From Leucoraja ocellata (taxonomy: Eukaryota), in NCBI GenBank assembly GCA_036785375.1, contig JAWMAR010000506.1, forward strand, positions 992,001 to 1,056,000: a stretch of 64,000 nucleotides of DNA. The letters run 5' to 3'. The notes beneath the pieces are model-generated. The model was not told the DNA's origin, did no database searches, and saw only the letters and a program-made list of their open reading frames with translations. A program made the translations under genes and the position numbers. This document shows positions 1-13,309 of this stretch, one piece after another (the first letter of the stretch is position 1; each line of letters starts with the position of its first letter).

Positions 1-224
1 ATATATTATTTAAAAACAAAAATAGAATTAAGCAATGCTCTTTGTTTACTTAACAAGATGGAGTTTCATGTAAATTAAACCATATTTTTAGTTGTAACCT
101 AAAATGCTCTCAGGTCAATAAAAATAAATCACTGTGCTAATCTATGTAAATTGGGATTTTTCAAACTATATTTTTGTTTCCTAACTGTATATTCAGATTG
201 TATGTAATAGCAAGTCCAAGAGAA

Positions 225-505
225 TGTAGACACAAAATGCTGGAGTAACTCAGCAGGTCAGGCAACATCTCTGGAGAAAAGGAATAGGTAATGTTTCGGG
301 TCGGAGCCCTTCTTCAGAATTGCAGAACAGTCGGAGAGATGAGAACTTCTTCAAAGTAGGCATACCTTGACGACCTTTGCAATGGAGCAGACAAAATGTG
401 TAGGAAAGAACAGCAGATGCTGGTTTATATGGAAGATAGACACAACATGCTGGAGTAACTCTGCAGGTCCGGCAGCATCTCTGAATAGGTGGCGTTTTGC
501 GTCCA
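225..505 (-). mobile_element. Two tandem Penelope-terminus-derived short repeats
   Basis: Recurring unit GACACAAAATGCTGGAGTAACTCAGC...CAGCATCTCTGGAG...GTTTCGGGTCG..CCCTTCTTCAG, whose end is the reverse complement of the Penelope 3' end at ~21310-21340. Confidence 0.75.
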
Positions 506-3500
506 GATGAATGTGTTAGAAGGGAGGGCCCAGTAAGATATGAATTTATCCTTGTGATTATTATTTGGTTCCGGGTCTCAGTTGTGTGAGCAGAGGAGGT
601 TAAGAAGCAACGGTGAGAATCTACATGATACCTACATTAAATAATACAAGGTACGTGCATAGGAACAATTGCTCCACCTCCTCTTATGAGTAAGATCGAG
701 ATTTTTATATGTTGACCTACTCCATTGTGACTCATTATAAAGACTCTTACTGAGGTGCACCGTATCCAAAAGTTCTTTGGAGTCATCAAAAATTATTTTT
801 CCATGGGGACATTCTTGCACAAACTTTAATGTTACAGCGCTGCAATTAGCATGTCATTGCAACTATTAAATTTTGATGTCAAAGGGGACCAATGCAAGGA
901 ATATCAGACTGCACATTTTTGAATTTAACATTTGAACTCTTTGCAAATTGCAGCATAAACAGTCCTGTATAGACTGGATTCAAAGATGTACAGTAGATGA
1001 CACTTGGAATTTTGACAGAAACATTTACAGTTTATTCTATATTTTGAAGTGAAATTACTAATCGGGCATTACACTTAGAAATAATGTGAAAATTGCATTA
1101 GGGAAAGGTATGTTTTTCCAACTGGTCACTGCATACACACTCCAATCATCCACATCAACCCTCATACATCATAATTCAACAACAGTCAGTATAAGGTACA
1201 AGCCACAATGACAAATTCACTTTCTGCTTATTAGATTAAATATTAATGCATTCTAAATGTGCAATAATTTGTCTGGCTAGTGAGCATAATGAATGCGTAC
1301 AGTTTAGAGCTTATACGCATTTCCTACAACCTGCAGATGTAATCCCGTGCATACAACTGGAGAAATAGCATTTCTATAAACATGACTTATTGTGGAATGA
1401 AAATGCAGAATACAAGCAGAATAGTATCCTTCCTGTACTTACAATTGTCAATGTATGAATCAATTTTATTGTTCCTCTCGGTTGGAGAGAAATCTTAGGT
1501 TCATACTAGATCATTATCCAAAGCAGAATATTGTGCATTTAATACTCAGAATTTTGTCTCCTTTTATTTCATAGAAATGAACGGAAGTATTGTGCATTGT
1601 TTAACTGTAGATAATGCATACATAGTTTGTCAATTATCAATTGTAATTATATATCTTCATTCATGTCTAAATTATATTTGAAGATTAGAACAACCATGGT
1701 GAATGTGTACAAATAGCAAGAAGAGAAATTCCTACACATTTCTTGGTTAATTGTTTATTGAAATTGGTAATGCTAGAGTCAAATATTCTAACAACCACAC
1801 TCTCTCGCACTTACCTGAGAATATAAATTATTAGATGATTTTATTTCTTGCTTTATTTTCAGGTTGACTTTGACTCTTGCTTGCAGCCAAGGAACATGAA
1901 TGCATATTGTATTTAATGAGCTTAAATAAGTATACAAATGGTGTATTAATCAAAGTGTAATCTTGTAATTTATACAAAAATGTAATGTATTCGTGCAGAA
2001 GTTGATAAAGGATTGTTTACATGTGCTACTTTAAAAAACAGTAGTGTGTTATTAACATTGGATGTATTAGACACAGCTTACATAAATACCTACACGTGTA
2101 TCTCTGTTTATTATATCTTGAATGAAGCTGAACTGCATTTATGATCCACTATATCATTATTACTGAGTGTTTTGCTAATACTTTGTCAATCGTATTCCTA
2201 TAGTAATGAAACACTTGTCTTTTATGTTTTTCAAACATTTATTTTGATTAAGATGAAAACTTTGTGCCATTAGATATAAAGTATTTTGACTTCTGCTGTT
2301 TAAAATAAGTTAAAGCATACCTTGGTTTACTCACCAGATGAGCTGTTTGCTTATATTTAGCACATTCAGCAAACTACTATAATTTTCAAATGAGTATGTA
2401 TTTGTGACGTATTTATGGTTAGAAAGTCCTTCATACCAATCAATGTTTCAGTAAAAGTATCAAGCTAAATAAAATGATGAACGGAATGACAAGTGTTCTA
2501 TTCATTGGCATTTTAATGATACCTATATGTCAGTAGCAACACATTTGCTAGATTAGTTGTGCTATTTATGATTCATTTCTACCATCAAATATTCAGTCCA
2601 ATTTTCCAAATCGCCAAGCAGGTATGTGTCTTATTATGATCTTTCTAGGGGCACAGAGCATATGATAGAAGACCCGTTTAACCATACAACATCAAAGGAA
2701 AGCCTACATACACCCAGGTCTCTGCTCTTTTTTTTCTTTTCAGAGGACTGATAACATCCTACCTATACAAATTGTATTCATTGAAATAAAATTCAGCTAA
2801 CACGATTGTTTTTAATGTCGGTTCCATAAAAACTTCCACATTCTTTTTTTTAACCTTGTAAAGTGACGTGAAACGTGAAATTTCACACAATTCGGAAATC
2901 ACAAAAGCTTGGTTCTGTTCCACGGTTATTAAAGTATCTGTGGGATTTCAGCTTTATCAAACTGGAAAGATGAAAATATGATTTGATAGGTTTGTTTTAG
3001 AATGTTTTTAAACATATAAACTGTGTAGGCCAAATTGTCTGAGGAAGGCAGGATTATCTATGATCTTTACTGCTGAGGTTTGCAAATAATTTTCATTAAT
3101 AATGCCTTTTCTTAGCTATCATTTCCATGTAGTTCCCCCCCCCCCCCCCCCCCCCCCCCAAGTCGGAACTCATTCATATCTTTATACCAGTTTTTATAAA
3201 GGACGTTTTAAAATAATAAAAGACAAGTGAGAAAAAATCCAAGTTAAATGCATTAACTTGGCAGTAGCCTGGCACAGCGTGAAACTCCCATCTCACAACG
3301 ACTGAATCTGGAGCCGTGGGAGAGGACTTGGCGCTCTAATCCCTTCAAAAGCGCCGCTCCATTTAAAACTATGCAAGTCTCAAAAGTCTTTGAGAGGACA
3401 CCGATTGTTGCTACAGGAAAGGATGATAAAGATCTCTGTGTGTTATCGTTTAGGAGGATTTCGTTTGCAATGTGCACACAATTGAAGTTAACGACTGCTG

Positions 3501-4980
3501 TCAGGATCATGTTACCTGAACGAGGACCTCAACCGTGTTTTTTTTTTCCTTTTTTAAGTTAACCCAATAAGTAATCTTTCTAAACGCTAGTTACCATCAA
3601 ATTTAGCTTTGATATTCAGATATCGGTATGTATCGCACGTCTGACGCTACGACTTGTAACAGAAAAACCGTATTGAGTATCACTTTTTAAGTGATACTCA
3701 AGATAAACCCACAAACTATTTACTTGCAGCCAAACATGATGTATGACATGCTCCCTCTGTTTTAAACATACCTTGCTTTCAGGTTCACTGGTCCTGTATG
3801 TCTAAAACTAAAACATAGCGCTGAAATGACCAATTAAATGGGCAAAATTATTTCCACTTATCAAAGTGGCTGTTTATAATCACCATACTTAACATATTTA
3901 AAATATGTATGGGTTGCCATTCTCGCTTTGTCCTAAGCTGTTGATAATTGTGTTTACTTGAAAACCTCTACAGAAGAATACAATTGCTTTCGTAAAGAGA
4001 TGAACTAGTGACCGAATCCGCTGGAAGTGTTGGGACGGAAGGTTTGAAAAACTGCTTAAGGCGGAGATCAGGCGGAGAAGAGAGAAATTGTTTCCACTTT
4101 CCTTGAACCGAGGTGCCCCGCCTCCGCAGCCTCTCACATTGCCACCACTTTAAGGAATGTAACAGAGCTATCATCAGCCTTCAGTGCCCGCCTCTGATCT
4201 CTGCACACTGGTCTCAAACTTAACGGGTACAGAAAGGGATAGTTCTAAAGGGGCTGACAGTTATACAGTTACCACTTCTTAACTGTTTTGATTAATCAGC
4301 TTCAGCAGGTATTGAAACATTTATAAACTAGTAAAAGACCCACCATAGTTTAAAGTTAGCACGGAATATTCGCTCATAAATCATCCATCCAATTGATCTT
4401 AAGGAAGTTGCTTTGATTTGTATCTGTACCATATACTGTGCATAGCGGGAGCTGCATAAACCTCAACGTCAAGGTGTTCGTTGCAAACTTGGTTGAAGAA
4501 ATTAATAAATGTTGGACTATTCCCAACGCTGGACAATGATACCTAGACAACATTGGCGGGGATGGTGGGGGGCGGGGTTGCATTTTTTCTACGTTCTCCT
4601 AACTCGTCTATAAAAGTAATAGTGTACTGAAATGTAACTGTCTCTGGAGTGGAGGCTATTTTCGCAAGTTTAATACATGGCGTGCCTGCAATGTTGCCCC
4701 TGTCTGCAAAGAATTTCATTAAACTTTTTTTCCCGAAGTCAGCAACTCTTTCTCTCCTTTAAACTGCGAGGAGTGGTTTATGCCGTTCTTGATGCCGTGA
4801 TTTATCTCCAATCGCTTTTTTTTTGCGGAAAGTCATCAACACAGTAATGTTGAAGCAGATTTCCGAGAGATAACAAAGACACATTGTCACTTACGGCTGT
4901 GCAACAAATCCTTAATTACAAAAAAAAGAGATCATATGACTTAAACATCCAATGGAACGGTCTCCTGGCGGCAGCAATGC

Positions 4981-5112
4981 NNNNNNNNNNNNNNNNNNNN
5001 NNNNNNNNNNNNNNNNNNNNNNNNNNNNNNNNNNNNNNNNNNNNNNNNNNNNNNNNNNNNNNNNNNNNNNNNNNNNNNNNNNNNNNNNNNNNNNNNNNNN
5101 NNNNNNNNNNNN
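4981..5112. other. Assembly gap (132 N) in the Sp5 upstream region
   Basis: Run of n characters. Confidence 0.99.
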
Positions 5113-5260
5113 ACGCCATAGGAGTTTTGTGTATTCAAAGGATTTGGTTCCCCTTCTGAAAGACCCGCTATTCTTTGATGATTGGGCAGCGGCAAACTTC
5201 AAAGCCATAAATCTTCCCCCTGACTGGCTGGCGGTCTACCAAAGTCTTATCAAATTCTAA
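5113..5260 (+). promoter_or_regulatory. Sp5 proximal promoter with clustered TCF/LEF (Wnt-response) sites
   Basis: TTCAAAG 5134-5140, CTTTGAT 5173-5179, TTCAAAG 5198-5204, reverse CCAAT (ATTGG 5181-5185), TATA-like CATAAA 5206-5211. Sp5 is an established direct Wnt/beta-catenin target with such a cluster. Confidence 0.85.
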
Positions 5261-5392
5261 GAAGTGATCCCTCGACCACAGATATTCCAAGGATATCTCA
5301 GAATAGCAGGAGGAGGAAAGAAAGCACTCCATGCGGCTGATTTCCCTTTAGTGCTGGTTGAAGCATCGAATCGCGCTTCCTTTCAACGGGGA

Positions 5393-5443
5393 ATGGCTGC
5401 GGTAGCTGTTCTACGCAGTGATTCCCTGCAAGCATTTCTCCAG
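5393..5443 (+). CDS. sp5: Transcription factor Sp5, coding exon 1 (MAAVAVLRSDSLQAFLQ)
   Basis: ATG 5393; 17 codons matching the conserved Sp5 N-terminus; donor CAG|GTCAGT at 5444, phase 0. Confidence 0.93.
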
Positions 5444-5636
5444 GTCAGTATTTTTTTTACCAAAAACATTTAACTAGTGGTGTAACGATAGTTTAGCTTG
5501 TTCGTCTTTTGAATCTGATATGAGATAGTTATCGAACTTACATCAAAATGCTTTGAAGAAAGTTTGGACAATTTTACTGCAACCTTCACTTCAATTAGAT
5601 TACTTTTTTCTCTCTCTCTCTCGTTTCCCTGTTAAG

Positions 5637-6701
5637 GACCGGACCCCAAATTCTTCCCCCGAATCGGCCAAGCAGTCCCCGCTGGCTCTCCTGGCCGCAA
5701 CATGTAACCGGATCGGACACGCTGGCTCAGCGCACACTGATTTCTTCCAGATCCCATACGACCCGTGCCTGAGTTCTCCGTCTCGCATCTTCCACCCCTG
5801 GAGTAACGAACTCCCTTCCAACCACGGCGGGATGCCATCCCACTCCAGCCTGGCACTCACCCCTCCGAAAGTTCACCAGCTACCGCCTCATCTCCAGGCG
5901 CCCTATGGGTCGCACGAACTTCCCCTCACTCCACCCGCGGAGCCGTCTTACCCGTTCGAGCTATCTCGCGTCAAGATGCTGCCATCGTCCATGCAGACCT
6001 TGGCTTCCAGCTGCCAACCCACCTATGTGCCCGCCGTCACCTATGGCACATCGAATCCTATCAGCTCAGCTATGTCAGGGTTCGTCCCGACTGGATCCAC
6101 CTTACTTTCACACCAGCACCGGCACATGTCTCCAAACCAAGTGGAGGACATCCCATGGTGGAGCATTCAGCAGAACAGTAGCGTCAGTCACTCCTCGTCC
6201 ATCCCTCCTCATCGCTTCCCTCTGCAACGTTCCTTGGTTTTGGGCCATTCAGACTTCGCCCAGTATCAGACTCAGATCGCTGCTCTCCTTCACACCAAGT
6301 CTCCCCTGGCGACTGCCCGGAGGTGCAGGCGGTGCCGCTGCCCAAACTGCCAGTCGTCGAGTAACAACGACGAACCAGGCAAGAAGAAGCAGCACATCTG
6401 CCACATCCCGGGATGCGGGAAGGTTTACGGCAAGACGTCTCACCTGAAGGCTCACCTGCGGTGGCACACTGGCGAGAGGCCCTTCGTCTGCAACTGGTTG
6501 TTCTGTGGCAAAAGTTTCACTCGGTCGGACGAGCTGCAGAGACACCTGAGGACTCACACTGGGGAGAAACGCTTTGCATGCCCGGAATGTGGCAAAAGGT
6601 TTATGCGAAGCGACCATCTGGCCAAGCACGTTAAAACACATCAAAACAAAAAAACTAAACTGGGAGTCGAAAATGTGAAACGGGAAGACGGAAGTATGTG
6701 A
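5637..6701 (+). CDS. sp5: Transcription factor Sp5, coding exon 2 (spliced protein 371 aa)
   Basis: Polypyrimidine tract + AG (5635-5636) then DRTP; Sp box [10 protein letters not shown], buttonhead box [11 protein letters not shown], three Sp-type C2H2 fingers, TGA at 6699-6701. sp5 versus sp5-like paralog not resolvable without phylogeny. Confidence 0.93.
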   Translation, partial: DRTPNSSPESAKQSPLALLAATCNRIGHAGSAHTDFFQIPYDPCLSSPSRIFHPWSNELPSNHGGMPSHSSLALTPPKVHQLPPHLQAPYGSHELPLTPPAEPSYPFELSRVKMLPSSMQTLASSCQPTYVPAVTYGTSNPISSAMSGFVPTGSTLLSHQHRHMSPNQVEDIPWWSIQQNSSVSHSSSIPPHRFPLQRSLVLGHSDFAQYQTQIAALLHTKSPLATARRCRRCRCPNCQSSSNNDEPGKKKQHICHIPGCGKVYGKTSHLKAHLRWHTGERPFVCNWLFCGKSFTRSDELQRHLRTHTGEKRFACPECGKRFMRSDHLAKHVKTHQNKKTKLGVENVKREDGSM

Positions 6702-7111
6702 GGGCGCAAGTGAACAGAGGGGGGAAAAACTGAAACAAAATGAGGGCTATTGATGCAACTAATTGAATTGGTGGTGCAATATCCTTGGAAAATGAGAGGA
6801 CTATTTAAAATGTATAGACGAATTTATCGTAAATACTTTCTGACAAACATGCTTCAATTAATTTCACAGTTGCCATCTATGCTTCAATATGAAGTTGTAT
6901 TTATTTATAGAGATGTTAAATAATACAAGCTGTTTAATTTTGGGATTGAAACCGAGTCCTTGGTGAAAGATCAGATCCGCTGTGCTTAGAGAACTTAATA
7001 GCTTTGATCGAATGAACATGTTTTGTCTTTATTCTAGCTCAATGGAAAGTTTCAGCATGCTTTTTAAACTTCACACTGCTGTATACTGGACCGGCCTTCT
7101 ACTGTGTGAAA

Positions 7112-7117
7112 AATAAA
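7112..7117 (+). terminator. Probable Sp5 polyadenylation signal
   Basis: AATAAA ~410 nt after the stop; AU-rich TATTTATTTAT in the 3' UTR at ~6898-6908. Confidence 0.6.
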
Positions 7118-8899
7118 AGTCCGTTTGGCTTAAATTAAACTGCTCTCCACCGAGTCGGACTGACTTGATCTCTTGTGTTTGCTCTTTAAAAAACTGTTTC
7201 ATGTCTTCATTAATTACTCAAACTACGCTAAACGTTTTAAAACCGCGAAAACCGAAAAATAAACTCAAATTACAATTCAATTCTGTTTGCTTGCATTTTA
7301 CTAACATCTATCCGTCGTTAGTTCACATTTACCATGTTGCTTTATGTGTAGCAGTAGCTCCGGAAACTTTTGTTGTGCTACAATCACAATTTGCAAGATG
7401 GTGTTTTATGGCTATTTTCGAATTCTTATTGTGAATTTTATTAGTTTGAGGAAACATTCGCTTAGATTTTTATAGAAATTATCAATCCATTTACTTGTTG
7501 TTTACATGTCCTTGTTAAATATCCGTGGTTTAAACTTTTTAAGCAAGAAAATCTCCATTGTGTATGCCCGTGTTGGTGTTACGGGTTGGGCAATTGAAAT
7601 TGTACGCCGGACTTCCTCAACAAATAATGTTTAACAGTAAAATGAGAAGCCATTACATTATGTGAGGTGTGTGCACAGTATACCTATTAAAAATAGAAAA
7701 CGATTACTCTAAAATTAAACGATCCTCCAGCAATTTTGCATGGCTGGAATATCTTCTGTTGATCCAAATATGAAATTGTCACCATCCCATACTAGGTGCA
7801 GGTCAGTAGATACATCGGCCTTTGCATGAAGATCACTTTAATGACCCAGCGGTCAAATGATTAATGGGGAGGGGGGGGAGGGAGGGGGGGGTTAATGGCT
7901 GAGATTTTTTTCAGGTACGACACCACGATTATTTTTATGATTGTTCTCTTGGAGTGGATGGGAGGATTCTCTAGATACTATGTTTAACGGATGTGTTCTC
8001 AGCGTATTCGAAAGAAAGTAAGAACTATAGAAGGTAAAGTAATATGGATGTCAATTGTCATTTTTTCAGGCTTGTTTATTTCGTATTTTATCTTTAAAAT
8101 GATTAATTTTCTTCCTTACAGTTAATGCATGCCATTCTAAATGGACCAAGGCGATCTGCAATGTCATTTCATCCTTACTATTTGTATACACCACGAGAGT
8201 CAGATTGAAGACAATGTAAACATTTTACTGACTGCGATGTGTAAATTGTTCATCTCTGTTTACAAAGATGACGGGCAGATATAATGCTTTGTTTCTGGCC
8301 ACACAAGAGAGTAGTCAACAGATTCAAGTACACTTTACAAGGAGACATTGGTTTAATTCTTATGAGAAGCTGGAGTGGAGTTGTATTGGAATGAAATAGT
8401 AACAGGCTAAGAATTTTCTGCCGCTAACTTTCACATTGGTAGTCAAGGTATTAATAGCTAATTATATCACGTTTATGTGAAGCAGAAACCATGTCATTTT
8501 TGTAAATTTATATGGTCTATCGTGAAATATACACGTATAATTTCTACAGCGACAGTAAGTAAGATGTGCATTAATAAATGCTCTGTGCATATAAATAGTA
8601 AGGCATAGTAACATGTTTCTTCATATGGATAGGCTTGTTCCTATTTACGAATGCTGAAGTAAGATTAAGCAGTGAGATCATCCTCAATTCAGAAACATCT
8701 AAAACAATATACGGCTTCGGAAAATGTATATTGCAAAATCGTTCTGGTAAGTTTTGTTTAAATGTTAGGGGCGCTTTCAAGGAAGTTTCATGCAATGTGT
8801 AGGCTTTCTGGATTCACTGCCGTTAATGTCGTAGATTTCTGGATTTTTCAATGTATTTTGGTCGCGATTCTTTTTTTCTTGGTTACCATTAATGTCTCA

Positions 8900-9025
8900 A
8901 GAAGTGTTTCGACCCGAAACGTCACCCATTCCTTCTCTCCAGAGATGCTGCCTGTCCCGCTGAGTTACTCCAGCTTTTTGTGTCTATCTTCGGTTTAAAC
9001 CAGCATCTGCAGTTCCTTCTTACAC
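8900..9025 (+). mobile_element. Penelope-terminus-derived short repeat
   Basis: GACCCGAAACGTCACCCATTCC...GAGTTACTCCAGC...GCATCTGCAGTTCCTTCT. Confidence 0.75.
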
Positions 9026-11224
9026 AAATTATTTTATTGATCTTTCACGGAATTGGCTTTAGATAAATGAACAGGCTTTCCTCTTGGAAGGAGAATGTGA
9101 TAGTTAGATTGTGTCTTTAGACGACTTTATGACTGTTTAGTTTGCTCAATCAAAGCAGAGGAAGTTGTAAATCTGGTTCCTCAGTTAACATTTCAATGTT
9201 AGTGGCAGAGCAGTGGACGAGCGCAGCCTACACAGGATGCGTCCAGCTATCATCGCCAGCAACATCCAATCTCCCGAACTAGCGTCCTTCAGCGAATTTT
9301 ATACGTTTCCAGATCAGTTACTGACTTTGTGAACAGGTTTAGCTGTCTAATAGTCAGATATACAATCTATACATGAAAGCCAATGAGAGCACAAGATGAT
9401 TTGTAAACCAATTTGAGCTCTTTGATCAAATCCAGCCTTGACTGGGTGCTCCGGATAATTATTTGATAGGTTTTCCTTGGTGATTTCCTTCAAACGTTGT
9501 ATGAAGTCTTTCACGCGGCAAATGTGAGCGCAGATCCTAAAACTTCACTAATCTCAGTTGATAAAACCTTCAAGGTTTGCCCTTGTTCACCATCTCGAGA
9601 TCTCTCGCGGCAGCGCTTTCTAATGCAAATGAAAGTTTACATCAAAAAGGTATCCTTAAATGTCAAAGCTTTTGAAGTTTTTTTGGTGTTGACGATTTCA
9701 ACGATCGAGCTGATATATATATTCTGAAGAAGATTCTCACCGCGAAACGTCACCTATTCCTTTTCTCCAAAGATGCTGCCTGACCCAGCTTTGTGTGTGT
9801 GTATCTTCCGTATAAACCAGCATTTTTTTTTAAATGGAAGAAAGGCCAACGAGTGCGAATGAAAATGTAAATAGCAGCTTGGGCGTTAATACCTCTCGCC
9901 TAATACTGCATGGCAATTGTTAATTTCAGCGCAATATCTGCACGGTACAGGGCACGGTACTTTTCATCCACTCATCTCTTCAGGTTGGGCGTAGTATCAT
10001 AAGCATTGGGATCCATTGCCAATGGCAAGTAACTTAACATGCGTGGTCCAAAAGTGAACACCAAATATACTATCCTTTAACTAATTAAATTAAAATAACT
10101 GGATCCTGCGTTCTGAATTGTACAAAACGTCAAATGCCCATTGTTTGAACATTCATTTTCATCTTAGACAGTTCTTTGGGATCAAGGATGAATTATTTCC
10201 ACAGAATCTGTAGCTGAGGTGGCAGCTGAAGCGAACGTAAGCTTGCTCACTCTCCCATCGCCAAGACAAGTGATGACTGACCGGAGGTTGTCGGTGGCTC
10301 CTCCACTTTCCACACGTGTGCTGCTTATGCAGGGCCTGGAGGTTATAAAAAAACACCTGGGGTGCTTTGAGTACAGTACTAGTTGACACGAGATTCATGG
10401 GAATTAGTGGTAAGATGCATTTCTTCAACACCCTTGAAAGAGACCCTTGAAAGAGGCACAATATTCTGGGTTCTGTCAAGAGCAGATTGTAAAGTGAATA
10501 GAGAAAAGTGCATTGTGACAATGATACATTAATTTAGTTGCAATGTTGAGGTTGCTTCACACCAGATACTTCAGTGACCCTCTTTTCATCACAGATGAAG
10601 TTTTCACTTAATTACATTTGTGACTATATTGAAGAGTACTCAGTAAATCCTAAACCAACACAGGTGAATAATATGCAGACAGAAGGAACTGCAGATGCTG
10701 GTTTACAAAAAATAGACACAGTGTGCTGGAGTAACTCAGCAGGTCAGGCATAATCTCTGGAAAATCTGAAGAGGCAATGTTTCGGATTAGGTCCCTTCCT
10801 TAGACTGATTGAACTAGGTGGGAGAAAGCTGGGAGAGGTGGGGGCAGGCAAAAGCCTGACAAATGATGGTTGGACAATAACCAAGTGTCATTAACCAATA
10901 GCTTATTTTATGCTATTTCCTGGCATTTGAAAATAGGATCATAGAGTTTTATAGCAAAATGTTTCAAGTTGTGTATTATTAAATAGTCTAAAGTTGTTCA
11001 ACATATTAACAAAATATTAAGTTGTTTCAAATTCATATTATCACTATGGTCTATTGTGGTATCATCTCCCTCTGGGTTACACAATCCCTCTGGGCCAGGC
11101 ACAATTTGCTTCAGTTTTGTGGGTTGTGAGTTAGATGAACAACCTATTGCAGGACTTGCATATTTTGCTGCTTGGACTAGGTGATGCTTAATTGTGTGAG
11201 CAGATGTTTTGTTTGTGATAAAAA

Positions 11225-11450
11225 GTAACTGCAGATGCTGGTTGATACCAAAGATAGACACAAAACGCTGGAGTAACTCAGCGGGTCAGGCAGCATTTCT
11301 GGAGAAAGTGATAAGTGCTGTCTCGTGTCAGGACTCTTCTTCAGACTGATGCTTTGATCTGTCTGAAGAAGGGTTCTGACCCAAAACATCATCTATTCAT
11401 GGTCTCCAGAGATGCTGCCTGACCCACAGAGTTACGCCAGCATTTTGCAT
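11225..11450. mobile_element. Fold-back (inverted dimer) Penelope-derived short repeat
   Basis: Unit in minus orientation followed by the same unit in plus orientation, joined at CTTCAGAC...GTCTGAAG. Confidence 0.7.
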
Positions 11451-11859
11451 CACACTGTTTTGAGTGGTCATGAGTCAGTGAGGATGTTACTTTTCAGGAA
11501 TTAGTCAGGATGTTACTTTTTTTCTTAGATTGACTTTGTGAGCATCCTTGAACTGTTTTCTCTGTTCCTCTTGCCATGACATAGTTTAGAGTAGTGTGTT
11601 GGTTTTAGGAACTTGGTGAAATGTATGTGCATGGGAACCAGCTGTACATGATCAGAGTCTCAGTGCTGGGATGTGACTTTGGTCAAGACACTGACCATGC
11701 CTTTACCTTTCTGGCCAATGGATATAAAAGGATTTTATGGAGATAGCTTCGATACCACTTCTCTCGTGCCTTGAGGATGAGAGAGAGAATCCAGAGTGAG
11801 TAAAAGAGTGGATCCATCTGAATATCCCACTGTTATGCAGCAGGGACAGGTTAGGGTCA

Positions 11860-13190
11860 TACAGCATGGAAACGGGCCCTTTGGCCTAACTTGCCCATGC
11901 CAACCAAGATGCCTGCTTTTAGGCCACGTCCCTCTAAACCTTTCCTATGGCTGATCAACCAAATTCAGTACCCGTTACAGCTTTTCCCCCATATCCCTTG
12001 ATTCTTTTAGCCCTAAGAGCTAAATCTAACTCTCTCTTGAAAGCATCCAGTGAATTTGCCTCCACTGATGTCTGTGGCAGAGGATTCCACAGAATCAAAA
12101 CTCTCTTGGTGAAAACTTTTTTTTTTCATCTCAGCCCTAACTGGCCTACCCCTTATTCTTAAACCATGACTCCTGGTTCTGGACTGCCCCAACATCGGGA
12201 TAATTTTTCCTGCATTTAGCCTGTCCAATCCTTTAAGAATAATATAAGTTTCCATAAGATTCCCTCTCATCCTTCTAAATTCCAGTGAATACAAGACCAG
12301 CCGACCCATTCCTTCACCATATGTCAGTCCTGCCATCCCGAGAATTATCCTGGTGAACCTATGATGCACTCCCTCAGCGATCAAATAGTGATAAAACTGC
12401 ACATAATACTCCAGGTGTGGTCTCACCAGGATCCTGCACAACTATAGTAGGACTGTCTTGCTCCTAAACTCAAATCCTCTCGCAATGAAGGCCAACATGG
12501 CATGAGATTTCTTCATTGCCTGCTGTACCTGCATGCTTACTTTCAGTGACTGATGTACAAGCACACCCAGGTCTTGTTGCACCTCCCCTTTTCCTAATCT
12601 GATACCATTCAGATAATAATCTGTCTTCTTGCCATCAAAGTGGATAACCTCACATTTATCCACATTATAATGCACCTGCCATGCATCTGCCAACTCATCC
12701 AACCTATCCAAGTCACCCTGCAGCCTCATAGCATCCTCCTCGCAACTCACACTACCACCCAGCTCTGTGTCATCCGCAAACTTGGTGTTACATTTAATTC
12801 CTTTGTCTAAATCGTTAACATATATTGTAAATAACTGGAGTCCCAGCACTGAACCTTGAGGCACCCCATTGGTCACTGCCTGCCATTCTGAAAAGGACCC
12901 GTTAATTCCTACTCTTTGCTTCCTCTCTGCCAACCAGTTCTCTATCCATGTGAATACCCTACCCCCAATACCATGTGTAATTTTGCACACTAATCTCTTG
13001 TGAGACCTTATCAAAGGCTTTTTGAAACTCCAGATATATCACACCCATTGACTCTCCTTTAGCTATTCTACTTGTTACATCCTCAAAAAAATCTAGAAGA
13101 TTAGTCAAGCATGATTTCCCCTTCAGATATCCATGCTGACTTTGGCCGATCCTGTCACTGCTTTCCAAATGTGCTGCTATTACATCTTTA
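11860..13190 (-). mobile_element. CR1-clade LINE, 5'-truncated RT/3' fragment
   Basis: ORF pieces [34 protein letters not shown]; frameshifted. Confidence 0.9.
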
Positions 13191-13309
13191 ATAGATGTTT
13201 TAATAGTTCTGGAGTGGAGATGATGAAAGTTGAACTGCTATCTGGTCATTCTATAGATCATTCCATTGGGAAGTTTATTGGAGGTGCTGTGCCCTATTTG
13301 CAGCAAGGA

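Noticed and set aside
3135-3159. Poly-C tract (also G-runs at ~7868, 13645-13710, 27416)
   Set aside because: G-quadruplex-capable, but homopolymers are common here and length-unreliable; no further support
4884-5260. ORFs spanning X runs
   Set aside because: Artefacts of the N gap
5553-5636. ORF-track N-terminus MKKVWTILL... of the 382-aa ORF
   Set aside because: Intronic, TTG start; the true N-terminus is exon 1 at 5393-5443
5600-6644. Overlapping and antisense ORFs within Sp5
   Set aside because: Shadow frames of a GC-rich CDS with no recognisable motifs
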